Assembly: GCA_965223845.1 (NCBI GenBank)
Contig: CBDCXR010000004.1
Span: 1,760,001 to 1,824,000 of the forward strand
Length of the DNA stretch: 64,000 nt
Source: Planctomycetota bacterium
GTDB taxonomy: Bacteria > Planctomycetota > UBA8108 > SXIK01
Reading direction: 5' to 3'
The position numbers and the translations under genes were made by a program. Position 1 is the stretch's first letter. Each line of letters begins with the position of its first letter. A model generated the notes under the pieces. That model ran no database searches, was not told the origin of the DNA, and saw nothing but the letters and a program-made list of their open reading frames with translations. Below, one piece after another: positions 9,232 to 19,525 of this stretch.

Positions 9232-11697
9232 TCAAACTCCTTCTCGCTGATCGCGGAGAAGTGCGCCGTCCGTCCGGTCGGTCGTCGGCTGGTACCCCGC
9301 GAGCGGCAGCATCCGCGTGTGGATCGCGTCGAGGATCCAGTCGGCGCTCGGAAAAAACAGATCCTCGCACTCTGCTGCGGGAGTGATCCAGTTCCGCGCG
9401 CCCACGATCGTGACCGGGGCGTCGAGGTCGTCGAACGCGAGCTGCTGGATGGTCGTCGCCATGGTCTGGAGCGCGCTCCCACGTTCGCAGGCGTCGGAGG
9501 CGAGCAGAATGCGTCCGGTCTTTCTCACCGAAGCGAGGACGAGGTCGTAGTCGAAGGGGACGAGGCTCCGCGCATCGATCAGTTCGACGCTCAACCCGAA
9601 TTCTCGCTCCAGCCGATCCGCGGCTTCGACCGCGCGGTAGAGCGTCGCGCCGACGGTGAGGATCGTCAGATCGCGCCCTTCGCGCTTCACATCGGGAAGG
9701 CCGATCGGAATCGTGTAGAGCTCCGCGGGAACTTCGTCGCGAAACTGCTCGGTGACTCCGTAGGTGCGCTGACTCTCGAAAAAGACGACCGGATCGTTGC
9801 CGCGGAGGGCCGACGCCATGAGCCCCTTTGCGTCGTACGGCGTCGCCGGGAAGACGACCTTCAGACCGGGGATGTGAGCCGTGAGCGCCGTCCAGTCCTG
9901 CGAATGCTGCGCGCCGTACTTGCTACCCACGCTCACGCGGAGCACGACCGGCATGCGGAGAACTCCCGCGGACATCGACTGCCACTTGGCGAGCTGATTG
10001 AAGATCTCGTCGCCCGCCCGGCCCATGAAGTCGCAGTACATGAGCTCGACGAGAGCCCGTCCACCCTCCATGGCGTACCCGACCGCCGTACCCACGATCG
10101 CTCCTTCGGAGATCGGGGCGTTGAAGAATCGGTGGTAGGGGAGGCTCTCCGTCATTCCGCGATAGACGGCGAACGCGCCGTCCCAGTCGCGGTTCTCTTC
10201 CCCGTACGCGACGAGTCGCTCGTCGTTGTAGAAGTGGTGAACGATGGACTCGAAGAGCGCATCGCGATACGAGACCGCACGGCTTTCCGGGAGCTCGGCG
10301 CCGGTCTCGGGGTCGCGGCCCGACCGACTCTTTCCCGCGATCGCGCGAACGCGCGAGTTCTCCTCCAGCGGCTTCAAAACCGCGTCCGGACCGATTCCAG
10401 GGAGATCGCTCTCCGGCGTGTGGCAGAACATCACGCGGGCGATGTCGTCCCCCCCGAGCCGCGGTGAGATCTCGAGATCGATCGCGAACCGGTACGCGCG
10501 TTCGAGCTTTCCGTCCACGTAACTTCCCGCGCGGTCGATATCCTCGTCGGAGGCGCATCCCGCCGCGAGAAGCTGTTCGGCGAACTCCTTGATCGGGTCG
10601 ACTTCGCGCCAGAGGGCGATCTCTTCCCGCGTCCGATAGGCACTCGCGTCGCTTGGCGAGTGACCGCTCTGCCGGTAGGTGAGGATGTCGAGCAGCACCG
10701 GCCCATCGCCGCCTTGGATGACCTCGATCTTGCGTCGGAACGCGTCTGCGACCGCGAGAGGGTTATTCCCGTCGACCGTCTCCGCGTGCAGGTTGAACCG
10801 ATTGAGCCCCGCCGCGATGCACGCGAGGCGCGCGAACCCCATCGTTTCGCCCTGAGTCTGGCCGCCCATGCCGTAGAAGTTGTTCATGAAGGCGAACACG
10901 ATGGGTAGTCCGCCGCGGTAAGGATCTTTCCAGAGGCTCCAGAGCTGCCCCATCGTCGCAAAATTGAACGACTCCCACACGGGACCGCAGCCGGTCGATG
11001 CATCGCCGATGTTCGCCACCGCGATCCCCGGCGCGCGTCGGACCCGCTTGTAGAGCGCTGCGCCCGTGGCGATATCGGCGCTGCCGCCGACGAGAGCGTT
11101 GTTCGGGAAAACGCCGAAAGGCGGAAAGAACGCGTGCATCGATCCGCCGAGTCCGCGATTGAACCCGGGGCTGCGCGCGAAGATCTCGGCGAGAAGTCCG
11201 TAGACGAGATAGTCGACGGCGCGGTCGCGGATGCTCTCGACCCGTTCTCGCTCGATCACTCGCAGGACGTCTCCGCCGAGGTACGACGTCATGATGCGCT
11301 CGAGGCTCGAGTCGTCGAGGGTCTCGATCGCGCGCATTCCCTTCGCGAGAATCTCGCCGTGGCTGCGGTGGCTTCCGAAGATGTGGTCGTCGACCGTCAG
11401 ATGAAAAGCTTCACCGACGGCGGCGGCCTCCTGGCCGACCGAGAGGTGCGCCGGGCCCTTGTGATCGTAGGCGACGCCGCCGAAGCTGCCGAGCTTCTTC
11501 ACCTCGCCGAGCATCTCCTCGAAGCGCCGGATGAGAAGCATGTCGCGGTACATGCGCAGCGCGTCGCCGGCGGAGAGCGCGCCGGCCGCGATCTCGTCCG
11601 CGAGCGATCTCGCGTACTGATTGACCGGAATCGATCCGAGCTCGACCTGTGTCGAACGGCGGACCTTGCTCGGATCTACGAGGATCTCTTTAACCAT
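9232..11697 (-). CDS. Fused alpha+beta 2-oxoacid/acetoin dehydrogenase E1 component (ThDP-dependent)
   Basis: Alpha-part motifs HLSVGQEA, SHRSHG, GGSMH, GDA...NN and TYRQSGHS. Beta-part motifs FNAPISE, ELMYCDF, QHSQ, DAKGL and ELIDARSL. Confidence 0.92.
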   Translation of the reverse strand: MVKEILVDPSKVRRSTQVELGSIPVNQYARSLADEIAAGALSAGDALRMYRDMLLIRRFEEMLGEVKKLGSFGGVAYDHKGPAHLSVGQEAAAVGEAFHLTVDDHIFGSHRSHGEILAKGMRAIETLDDSSLERIMTSYLGGDVLRVIERERVESIRDRAVDYLVYGLLAEIFARSPGFNRGLGGSMHAFFPPFGVFPNNALVGGSADIATGAALYKRVRRAPGIAVANIGDASTGCGPVWESFNFATMGQLWSLWKDPYRGGLPIVFAFMNNFYGMGGQTQGETMGFARLACIAAGLNRFNLHAETVDGNNPLAVADAFRRKIEVIQGGDGPVLLDILTYRQSGHSPSDASAYRTREEIALWREVDPIKEFAEQLLAAGCASDEDIDRAGSYVDGKLERAYRFAIDLEISPRLGGDDIARVMFCHTPESDLPGIGPDAVLKPLEENSRVRAIAGKSRSGRDPETGAELPESRAVSYRDALFESIVHHFYNDERLVAYGEENRDWDGAFAVYRGMTESLPYHRFFNAPISEGAIVGTAVGYAMEGGRALVELMYCDFMGRAGDEIFNQLAKWQSMSAGVLRMPVVLRVSVGSKYGAQHSQDWTALTAHIPGLKVVFPATPYDAKGLMASALRGNDPVVFFESQRTYGVTEQFRDEVPAELYTIPIGLPDVKREGRDLTILTVGATLYRAVEAADRLEREFGLSVELIDARSLVPFDYDLVLASVRKTGRILLASDACERGSALQTMATTIQQLAFDDLDAPVTIVGARNWITPAAECEDLFFPSADWILDAIHTRMLPLAGYQPTTDRTDGALLRDQREGV

Positions 11698-12026
11698 GGA
11701 GTTTGATTCTGCCTTGTCGCGATGCCGCGTGCTGCTCGGAGGAGCCGGTCACGACGGAGGACCGTCACCTCGGTCGCCCGTCCGCGCTTCGCGTCGCTGA
11801 CCTGGACCCGGTCAACATCGGCTTCGGCCGGTGTCTCGAACCGGCTCCCAGCGCGGGAGTGGGACTTATCCGAGTGCACCGCCGTAAATCGGTGACGCGC
11901 TCGAGAATCCCGTAGTGTAGGAACTGAGGCGCGACGCGACAAGAGAGGACCGCCCCGTGACGGGCCGAAGATGCGGGAATTGGGCCGCTGTTCGCCGAAC
12001 CAGACCCGCGAGCGCTCGATCGCCCG

Positions 12027-12659
12027 CTACCGCCCTAGGACCAGCGTGCGCTCCGGCACCGTGAGTCCGCTCACGTACTCGAAGCGGCTGACGTTCGCGA
12101 GGCGGTTGATGCCGACGCTATCGATCGAGTTCACCGCCAGTCGCTCGAGCTCAGCGGCGAGATCGATCACCAGCGTGCGCGCATCGCGCCAGGCGAGCGA
12201 ACCGGGGCTCGCGCGGGCGAATCCGTGCTCGAGCTCGCGCGAGTCGAGTCGGAGATTCTCGCCCCGCCGACGAGTGTCGTCCGGGAACTGCACCTCGATC
12301 ACCGTTCGGCCGTGCCGGTCGACAACGACGCTAGCGGTGAAGTCGGTTCCCCGGATGCGATCGCCGATCTCCGGGTAGACGACCTGAACGAGCCAGGGCG
12401 CGCAGAGGAGCCCCGAAAGTACGGCGACGGGAAACGCGATCCACGCGAGCGTCGTCGCCGGTTCACGGCGCGCGCTCTGGCGGACGACGACTTCCCACGC
12501 GAGCCCGGAGACAAGCGCGAACCCCGCTGCCCAACCGAGCGGGACGAGAACGCGCTCCGCCGGGGTTCCCGTTGCGACGTGAACGAGACCGACCAGCGCG
12601 GCGACGACGACGAGCAGTCCGAGCGCTCGCGAGTACCGCCGCGACGCCGCGGACGTCAA
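12027..12659 (-). CDS. Hypothetical membrane protein (about three N-terminal TM helices plus a soluble domain)
   Basis: Hydrophobic segments ALGLLVVVAALVGLVHV, LVPLGWAAGFALVSGLAW and LAWIAFPVAVLSGLLCAPW. TTG start overlaps the upstream stop (TTGA). Confidence 0.6.
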   Translation of the reverse strand: MTSAASRRYSRALGLLVVVAALVGLVHVATGTPAERVLVPLGWAAGFALVSGLAWEVVVRQSARREPATTLAWIAFPVAVLSGLLCAPWLVQVVYPEIGDRIRGTDFTASVVVDRHGRTVIEVQFPDDTRRRGENLRLDSRELEHGFARASPGSLAWRDARTLVIDLAAELERLAVNSIDSVGINRLANVSRFEYVSGLTVPERTLVLGR

Positions 12660-13114
12660 TCGCCGATCCGCCGGAGCGTCCACCGTCCCTCGACGACCAG
12701 ATTCTCGTACTCGAGCGCCCGCGCGAGGAATGCGCCGCCGGTGACGGTCTGAGGATCGGCGACGACGCCGCTCATGCGCCAAAACCAATCTTCGCTCCGG
12801 TGCTCGACCAAGACGACGGTCGCCGGCTTCTCTCCGTCGCGAGACTTGGCCGTCTTGACGTCGCCGTAGAGGGGCGGAATGCCCGGAGCCGTCAGCTCGA
12901 TGAGCTCGTTCTTCTCACCCCAGCCGATCCGCAGGTCGACGTCTCGATCCTCGATTGGAAACGGGAGGAGGTTTTGACTCCGCTGAAGGTGAAAGCTGAG
13001 GCGCCACTTTCCGGGTTCGAGGCTGTGCGACGCGCAACCGGACGATCCGAGCGCGATCGCTGCGAGAACGAGGCCTCGAGAAATCCAGACAGAATTCGTG
13101 TGCGTTCGTTCCAT
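12656..13114 (-). CDS. Hypothetical lipoprotein
   Basis: ATG at 13114. Hydrophobic core plus a lipobox-like GSSGC; beta-rich mature region. Confidence 0.65.
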   Translation of the reverse strand: MERTHTNSVWISRGLVLAAIALGSSGCASHSLEPGKWRLSFHLQRSQNLLPFPIEDRDVDLRIGWGEKNELIELTAPGIPPLYGDVKTAKSRDGEKPATVVLVEHRSEDWFWRMSGVVADPQTVTGGAFLARALEYENLVVEGRWTLRRIGD

Positions 13115-13356
13115 AGTATTTCGTTTATCGGTGGGGCCGCCGCGGAATCTCCACCCAATCGGTAAAGAATGACGAGGTCCGGCTGCGGGAAGGAGGAGGG
13201 ACCTCTTTCGTACCACGAAGACGCCCCGAATCAAGCTCGTCGCCCCTTGTGCACGTCCCTTTCAGATCGCTCCCGCTGTGGTATCGTGCGGGCGCGAAGC
13301 GAGTTCGAAGAGCGGGATCGCGGACTCGAGCTTCTCGGCCCGCCAAGGATGAAGGC

Positions 13357-14142
13357 ATGGACCAGGACGAACTCGATCGAAGGCGGAGCCTGGCGGAAGC
13401 CGCGGCGGTCGACGCCGGACGGATCACCCTCCGCTACTTTCAGTCCGCGGATCTCGAGACCGAGCTCAAGGCGGACGACACCCCGGTGACCGTCGCTGAC
13501 CGCGAGGCCGAGGCGCTCCTCTTCGATCGCCTCCTCGGTGAATTCCCCGCGGATGCCTTCCTCGGCGAGGAGCGGGGGGATCGCCCCGGAACCTCTCCCT
13601 ACCGGTGGATCGTCGATCCGATCGACGGCACGCGATCGTTCGTGCAGGGCGTTCCCCTGTACGGTGTTCTCGTCGCTCTGGTGGACGCGAGCGGCGAGCC
13701 TCTCATCGGCGTGGCGCACTTCCCGGCGCTCGACGAGACGGTTTCGGCCGCTAAGGGACGCGGCTGTCGCTGGAATGATCGACCGGCGCGCGTCTCGGAC
13801 ACGAGAACGCTCGACGAGGCTTGCGTTGTTTTCACGGGGCTCGAGACCGTTGCCGAAGGAGATGCGAACGCGGCCTTCGACGCGGTCAGCCGGCGTGCCC
13901 GACTGGTCCGCAACTGGGGTGATTGCTACGGCCACATCCTCGTCGCGACCGGCCGCGCCGAAGTGATGCTCGACCCGGTCCTCTCCGACTGGGACTGCGC
14001 CGCGCTGCTTCCGATCCTCGAGGAAGCCGGTGGATCCTTCACCGATTGGCGCGGCGCGCGGACCGTGTTCGGAAAGAGCGGAATCTCGACGAATGCTCGC
14101 GTCCGCGCCGAGATCTCGCACCTGCTCGAACCGCCGTCGTGA
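13357..14142 (+). CDS. hisN: Histidinol-phosphatase, inositol monophosphatase family
   Basis: KADDTPVTVAD, GEE, WIVDPIDGT, WGDCYG and WDCAA..PI.EEAGG are typical of the HisN subgroup. Confidence 0.8.
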   Translation: MDQDELDRRRSLAEAAAVDAGRITLRYFQSADLETELKADDTPVTVADREAEALLFDRLLGEFPADAFLGEERGDRPGTSPYRWIVDPIDGTRSFVQGVPLYGVLVALVDASGEPLIGVAHFPALDETVSAAKGRGCRWNDRPARVSDTRTLDEACVVFTGLETVAEGDANAAFDAVSRRARLVRNWGDCYGHILVATGRAEVMLDPVLSDWDCAALLPILEEAGGSFTDWRGARTVFGKSGISTNARVRAEISHLLEPPS

Positions 14143-14157
14143 CCCGGTCGAGTCGCT

Positions 14158-14244
14158 ACCCGGTGATTCAACCCCGGTTATTCAACCCCGGTTATTCAAC
14201 CCCGGTTATTCAACCCCGGTTATTCAACCCCGGTTATTCAACCC
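14158..14244. repeat. Tandem repeat, 14-bp unit ACCCCGGTTATTCA, 5 perfect copies (14171-14240) plus partial flanking copies
   Basis: Read directly from the sequence. Lies between the convergent stops of hisN and the DksA/TraR gene; the last unit overlaps that gene's GTT GAA TAA end. Confidence 0.97.
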
Positions 14245-14647
14245 TGTCGACGAGGCTCGACGTGACGTCCGCCTGGCGCTGACAGTCGATGCACAGCCGA
14301 GCGAACGGAAGAAACTCGAGTCGTGCGGGGGCGATCGCGCCGCCGCAGTCCTCGCACCGGCCGTAGGTGCCGGCCGCGATCTTCTCGAGAGCGGAATCGA
14401 TCTGATCGATGTTGCTCGCACCGAGATCGACGATGGCGCAGAGCGAATCGGCGTCCGACGAGTCGCCGGACATCTCCTCGAGATCGGCGATGTGGTGTCG
14501 GTCGGCGCTCCGCAGAGCGCTCAACTGACTGTTTTGCTGCTGCACGAGCTGCTCACGGCGCGCGAGCAGCGCACCGCGGATGGACTTCAACTGCGACGCG
14601 GTGAACGACGGTCCCGAGTCGTTCCCTGACTCATTCTTTCTCGTCAC
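14234..14647 (-). CDS. DksA/TraR-family C4 zinc-finger protein
   Basis: Coiled coil with HIADLEE, then IDSALEKIAAGTYGRCEDCG..I..ARL..LP.ARLCIDC. GTG start at 14647 is estimated. Confidence 0.88.
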   Translation of the reverse strand: MTRKNESGNDSGPSFTASQLKSIRGALLARREQLVQQQNSQLSALRSADRHHIADLEEMSGDSSDADSLCAIVDLGASNIDQIDSALEKIAAGTYGRCEDCGGAIAPARLEFLPFARLCIDCQRQADVTSSLVDRVE

Positions 14648-15001
14648 TGATTTCTCGTTGGCTGACGTTGTGCTCGAAGCTTCTACGTCTTCTCGACGTC
14701 TCGGTTCGAAGCCTTGAGTGTTGCTCTTCGATTCGAATCCCGGTTCTGCGGTGGGATTTCGGAGAGCCCTCTCGAGTTCCTCGCTCGATGACACTCTCCA
14801 GCCTACCACCGCCGAGACACTCTCGCACTTTCTCCGGCCGGCGCGATGCGGGGAAGTGGTTGTAACGATGTCCGAGGGAAAAACCCAGTCGCAATCTCGC
14901 GCGAAGTGTGCTTCCTCTCGCCGTCGACTTCGATCGGGTGGCGGGCGAGAATGTGTTCGTCGTGGCGATCGCGCCGTCCCCCATCTCGACGAACCGACTC
15001 G

Positions 15002-16924
15002 ATGTCCCGGAAACGAAGCTCCGTTCCAACTCACGATCGCGATGCCCGCGAATTCTTTCACGCGCAGGCCAACGCACCACTCGCCGCGCGAATGCGTCCG
15101 CGCACGCTCGAGGAGTTTGTCGGTCAGCGCCATATTCTCGGATCTGGGATGCTGCTCCGCCGCGCGATCGAAGCGGATCGACTCGGTTCTCTCGTCTTCG
15201 CCGGCCCACCGGGTTCCGGGAAAACGACGCTCGCGCGCGTGATCGCCGGGACGACGCACGCGGAGTTCGAGAGTCTGAACGCGGTGTTCGCGGGCGTGAA
15301 GGACATCCGGGAAGTCGTCGCCCGCGCGAAGGAGCGCCTCGAAACGGGCCTCGCCGGCTCACAGCGAACGATGCTCTTCGTCGACGAGGTGCACCGATTC
15401 AATAAGGCGCAGCAAGACGCCCTCCTCCCGCACGTCGAGAACGGCACGCTCACGTTCGTCGGCGCGACGACGGAGAACCCGTACTTCGAAGTCAACAAAG
15501 CGCTCGTCAGCCGCTCGCGCGTCTTCGAGCTTCGACCGCTCAGCGATGACGAAGTCGGAGAGGTTCTTCGTGCGGCCCTCGCCGATTCCGATCGCGGGTA
15601 CGGCTCACGTTCGGTCGAGCTCGCTTCCGACGCCCTCCGGCACCTCGCTCTTATGGCGCAGGGCGACGCTCGGAACGCCCTCAATGCGCTCGAGCTCGCC
15701 GTCGAGACGACTCCGGAGAACGAGGCCGGGGTGATCGAGGTGACTCTCGCCGTGGCGGAGGAGTCGATTCAGCGGCGGGCGCTCCTTTACGACAAAGACG
15801 GCGACGCTCACTACGACATGGTGAGCGCCTTCATTAAGAGCCTGCGGGGTTCCGATCCGGACGCGGCCCTCTACTGGATGGCGCGCATGCTCGCCGCCGG
15901 CGAAGACCCGCGCTTCATCGCCCGTCGACTCGTCATCTTCGCGAGCGAGGACGTCGGCCTCGCAGATCCGGGGGCCCTCGCGGTCGCGACCGGGGCGGCG
16001 CACGCGGTCGAGTACGTCGGAATGCCGGAGTGCCAGTGGTCCCTCTCGCAGGCTAGCCTCTACCTCGCGCTCGCGCCCAAATCGAACAGTACCGCGGGCT
16101 ACTTCGCCGCCCGGCGCGCGGTGGAGGAAGGAGCCTCGGACGAGGTTCCGAATCACTTGAAGGATCCTTCGCGCGATCGGCACGGTCTCGGACACGGGAA
16201 GGGATACCGGTATCCGCACGCGTTTCGCGAGCACTGGGTGCCGCAGCAGTATCTTCCCGGCGAGCTCCAGGGGGCGCGGTTTTACGAACCGGGGCGCATC
16301 GGCCGGGAGCGCGAGCTCGCCGACGGGCTGGATGGGCGCCGAGAGCGTCAGGGCGTAGCGCTCCCAGCCGCGGCGCGCCTCGACGCCGAACGCGATCGGG
16401 TCGAGCGGGCGATGCGCGATCTCGCGAGCGAGTTCGGTAAGGGCGCAGTCGAGCTCGCCGGTGAGCTCGCGCGTTCGATCGCCCTCGATCGCGCCGATCG
16501 CGTGCTCGTCCTCGGACGAGAGCGACTCCTCGCGTGGGCACTCGCAGCCGAGAACCCCCTCGTAAAGATTTATGGGACACAATCCGAGATGGAGGAAGCG
16601 AAGGCGCAGCGGTCCCGACTCGCGCGGGAAGGCGTTGATCGACTCGTTCGGTACGTGGTCGATCGAACCGGAACGCAGTGCTTCCGAGCGGCAGGCATCG
16701 ACGCGGTCGCCGGCTGGAGGCTCGTCGGAGCACGATCTGATCGAGTCCGCGTGTGTGCCGAGCTCGCCCGGATCCTCGCGCCGGGCGGCGAGCTCGCGCT
16801 CGCCGAGCGAAGCACGGAGAGCGACGACCTCGAGCGCGTCGTTCGCGAGAACGGAGCGTTCGAGTCCGTCGAGGTACACAAAAAGGGCGGCGCGCTTCTT
16901 CTCTGGGCGCGAAAATCAGAATGA
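15002..16924 (+). CDS. rarA: Replication-associated recombination protein A (RarA/MgsA AAA+ ATPase) with C-terminal methyltransferase-like domain
   Basis: PLAARMRP, Walker A GPPGSGKTT, FVDEVHRFNKAQQD, GATTENP, KSLRGSDPDAA and LAPKSN. Extra ~190-aa tail ends ARILAPGG. Confidence 0.93.
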   Translation: MSRKRSSVPTHDRDAREFFHAQANAPLAARMRPRTLEEFVGQRHILGSGMLLRRAIEADRLGSLVFAGPPGSGKTTLARVIAGTTHAEFESLNAVFAGVKDIREVVARAKERLETGLAGSQRTMLFVDEVHRFNKAQQDALLPHVENGTLTFVGATTENPYFEVNKALVSRSRVFELRPLSDDEVGEVLRAALADSDRGYGSRSVELASDALRHLALMAQGDARNALNALELAVETTPENEAGVIEVTLAVAEESIQRRALLYDKDGDAHYDMVSAFIKSLRGSDPDAALYWMARMLAAGEDPRFIARRLVIFASEDVGLADPGALAVATGAAHAVEYVGMPECQWSLSQASLYLALAPKSNSTAGYFAARRAVEEGASDEVPNHLKDPSRDRHGLGHGKGYRYPHAFREHWVPQQYLPGELQGARFYEPGRIGRERELADGLDGRRERQGVALPAAARLDAERDRVERAMRDLASEFGKGAVELAGELARSIALDRADRVLVLGRERLLAWALAAENPLVKIYGTQSEMEEAKAQRSRLAREGVDRLVRYVVDRTGTQCFRAAGIDAVAGWRLVGARSDRVRVCAELARILAPGGELALAERSTESDDLERVVRENGAFESVEVHKKGGALLLWARKSE

Positions 16925-17089
16925 ACGAACCGGGGCTCGCTCGGAGGATTCTCTGCGATCCCGACCGAGTGCAGCGAGTCCGAACCGCATCCGCGAACGA
17001 GGCATCCCGACACACGACACCGACGCGATCGTCCAGTCGCGACCGAAGGGACGCGAGGGTCTGAGCTCGTCCGGCGAAGGGAGAGTGCA

Positions 17090-19474
17090 ATGATCAAGAA
17101 AGCCGCCGTCATCGGCGCCGGAACGATGGGAGCGGGCATCGCCGCTCAACTCGCCAACACGGGTGTGTCCTGTCTCCTCCTCGACATCGTGCCACCCGAC
17201 CTCCCGGATGCGGCGAAGAGCGATCCGCGCGCGCGCTCGAAGTTCGCGATCGACGGTGTCGATCGGATGGCGAAGGGAAGGCCGCCGGGGTTCATGACGG
17301 CCGCTCAGCGCGACCTCGTCGACGTCGGCAACATCGATGACGATCTCGAGCGGATCTCCGACTGCGACTGGATCGTCGAAGCGGTGACGGAGAACCTCGA
17401 GATCAAGCGTTCGCTCTACGAGAAGATCGCGCGCGTGAAGCGTCCGGACGCCGTTGTCTCTTCGAATACGTCGGGGCTCGCGCTCCGCCTGCTGACCGAA
17501 GGCTTCGATGAGACCTTCCGCAAGAACTTCCTCATCACGCACTTCTTCAACCCGCCGCGGTACATGCACCTCCTCGAGATCGTTCCCGGTCCCGAGACCG
17601 CTCCGGAAGTCGTCGCGGAGATCGAGCGATTCTGTGACGTCCGGCTCGGGAAGGGGGTCGTCCACTGCAAGGACAGTCCGAACTTCATCGCGAACCGCAT
17701 CGGCGTCTACGTCATGGGAGTGGGCGCCCAGCTCATGGCGGAGGAGGGCCTCAACATCGAGGAGATCGACGCGATCACCGGTCCGGTGCTCGGCCGCCCC
17801 AAGACGGCGTCGTTCAAGCTCCAGGATCTAGTCGGAATCGATGTGTCGGTCCTCGTCATGGAGAATGCGAAGCGTCTGCTGCCGGACGACGAAAGCCTCG
17901 CCGGATTCGAAGTGCCCGAGATTCTTCGCCGGCTCGTCGACGCGGGACGTCTCGGCCGAAAGAGCGGGGCCGGCTTCTACAAGAAAGTAGGGCGCGACAT
18001 TCTCGTTCTCGATCTCGAGACGTTCGAATACCGCGAATCGAAGCCGGTGGAGTTCGCAAGCCTCGCTGCCGCGTCCAAGGTGCGGACGCCGGGCGAGCGG
18101 ATTCGAGCGCTCGTCGGTGGCGACGATGCCGCGGCGCGTTACGCCTGGAAGTTGCTCGCGGCTACGCTTCTCTACTCGGCGCGGCGCATCCCGGAAATTT
18201 CGGACGATCTTGTCAGTGTCGACCGCGCGCTTCGCTGGGGATTCAACTGGGAGCTCGGCCCGTTCGAGACGTGGGACGCGATCGGTGTCCGTGAGTCTGT
18301 CGAGAGGATGCGAGCCGACGGTCACGACATTCCCCCTCTCTGCACGCAGCTTCTCGACGCCGGACACGAGTCGTTCTACGGCTACATCGAGAGTTCGTCC
18401 GGAAAGACGCGCTCGGTCTTCGATCCCGGTACGAGAGAGTTTGCGCCGATAGAGGAACGGCCAGGCGTCCTCTCCCTGACGGCGCTGCGCGATCGTAGTC
18501 GACCGATCGACGGCTGTGACGACGCGAGCATCTGGGATCTCGGGGACGGAGTCCTCGGCGTCGAATTCCACTCGAAGATGAACTCGATCTCAGGCGACAC
18601 GCTCGACACGATTCAGCGCGCCGTCGAACTGGCCGAGACGGGTGGATACGAGGGCGTCGTGGTGGGGAACGAGGCTCCGCACTTCTCGGTCGGAGCGAAC
18701 CTCAAGCAAGTCGTCGCGGCGATGGACCAGGAACAGTGGGATGGAATCGACGCGATGATCCGCCGTTTCCACCGAACCGCACTCGCGATGCGATACTCCG
18801 CGGCGCCGGTCGTCGTTGCGACGCAGGGCATGGCGCTCGGCGGCGGCTGCGAGATCGCGCTCGCGGGCACTCGGGTCCAGTCGGCGGCAGAAACCTACAT
18901 GGGCCTCGTCGAGCTCGGCGTCGGATTGATCCCGGCGGGCGGAGGAACGCGCGAGCTCGCGTGCCGCGCGCATGAACGCGCACCGGGAAAGTCGCCGAAC
19001 GCGGTGTTCGCGTATCTCCAAGAGTTTTTCGATACGGTGGCGAACGCGAAGACTTCGAGCAGCGCCGATGACGCCCGAGCGCTCGGGTTTCTCGAGCGCG
19101 AGGATGCCGTCACGATGAGTCCGGATCGCGTCATCGCCGATGCGAAGGCGCGCGTCCTCGCACTCGCCGCGACGGGATACCGTCCGCCTCTCCCCCGACG
19201 TTCCGTGCGCGTTGCGGGTCGTCCCGGATGGGCAGAGTTCAAGGTTCTCCTTCACCAGTACCGCGAGGGAGAGTTCATCAGCGACTACGACCTCCACCTC
19301 GGAAAGAAGTTCGCCTACGTCCTCTGCGGCGGAGACATCGACCACGAGTTCACGGTCTCGGAGGAGTACTTGCTCGACCTCGAACGCGAGGTGTTCCTCG
19401 AACTCGTCCGGGAAAAGAAAACTCAGGAGCGCATCGCGCACACGCTGAAGACCGGAAAACCGCTCCGGAATTGA
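17090..19474 (+). CDS. fadN: 3-hydroxyacyl-CoA dehydrogenase / enoyl-CoA hydratase fusion (FadN-type, dehydrogenase first)
   Basis: GAGTMGAG, EAVTE, SNTSG, HFFNPPRYM and FIANRIG, then crotonase motifs FSVGANL, ALGGGCE and VELGVGLIPAGGG. Ends KTGKPLRN. Confidence 0.9.
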   Translation: MIKKAAVIGAGTMGAGIAAQLANTGVSCLLLDIVPPDLPDAAKSDPRARSKFAIDGVDRMAKGRPPGFMTAAQRDLVDVGNIDDDLERISDCDWIVEAVTENLEIKRSLYEKIARVKRPDAVVSSNTSGLALRLLTEGFDETFRKNFLITHFFNPPRYMHLLEIVPGPETAPEVVAEIERFCDVRLGKGVVHCKDSPNFIANRIGVYVMGVGAQLMAEEGLNIEEIDAITGPVLGRPKTASFKLQDLVGIDVSVLVMENAKRLLPDDESLAGFEVPEILRRLVDAGRLGRKSGAGFYKKVGRDILVLDLETFEYRESKPVEFASLAAASKVRTPGERIRALVGGDDAAARYAWKLLAATLLYSARRIPEISDDLVSVDRALRWGFNWELGPFETWDAIGVRESVERMRADGHDIPPLCTQLLDAGHESFYGYIESSSGKTRSVFDPGTREFAPIEERPGVLSLTALRDRSRPIDGCDDASIWDLGDGVLGVEFHSKMNSISGDTLDTIQRAVELAETGGYEGVVVGNEAPHFSVGANLKQVVAAMDQEQWDGIDAMIRRFHRTALAMRYSAAPVVVATQGMALGGGCEIALAGTRVQSAAETYMGLVELGVGLIPAGGGTRELACRAHERAPGKSPNAVFAYLQEFFDTVANAKTSSSADDARALGFLEREDAVTMSPDRVIADAKARVLALAATGYRPPLPRRSVRVAGRPGWAEFKVLLHQYREGEFISDYDLHLGKKFAYVLCGGDIDHEFTVSEEYLLDLEREVFLELVREKKTQERIAHTLKTGKPLRN

Positions 19475-19525
19475 GAGCTGAGCTCGACTCGACGGCGAGA
19501 CGGCGATGCACGGAGGAATCGACTC

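Noticed and set aside
14158-14244. Tandem repeat as a CRISPR array
   Set aside because: The 14-bp units are contiguous, with no spacers and no cas genes.
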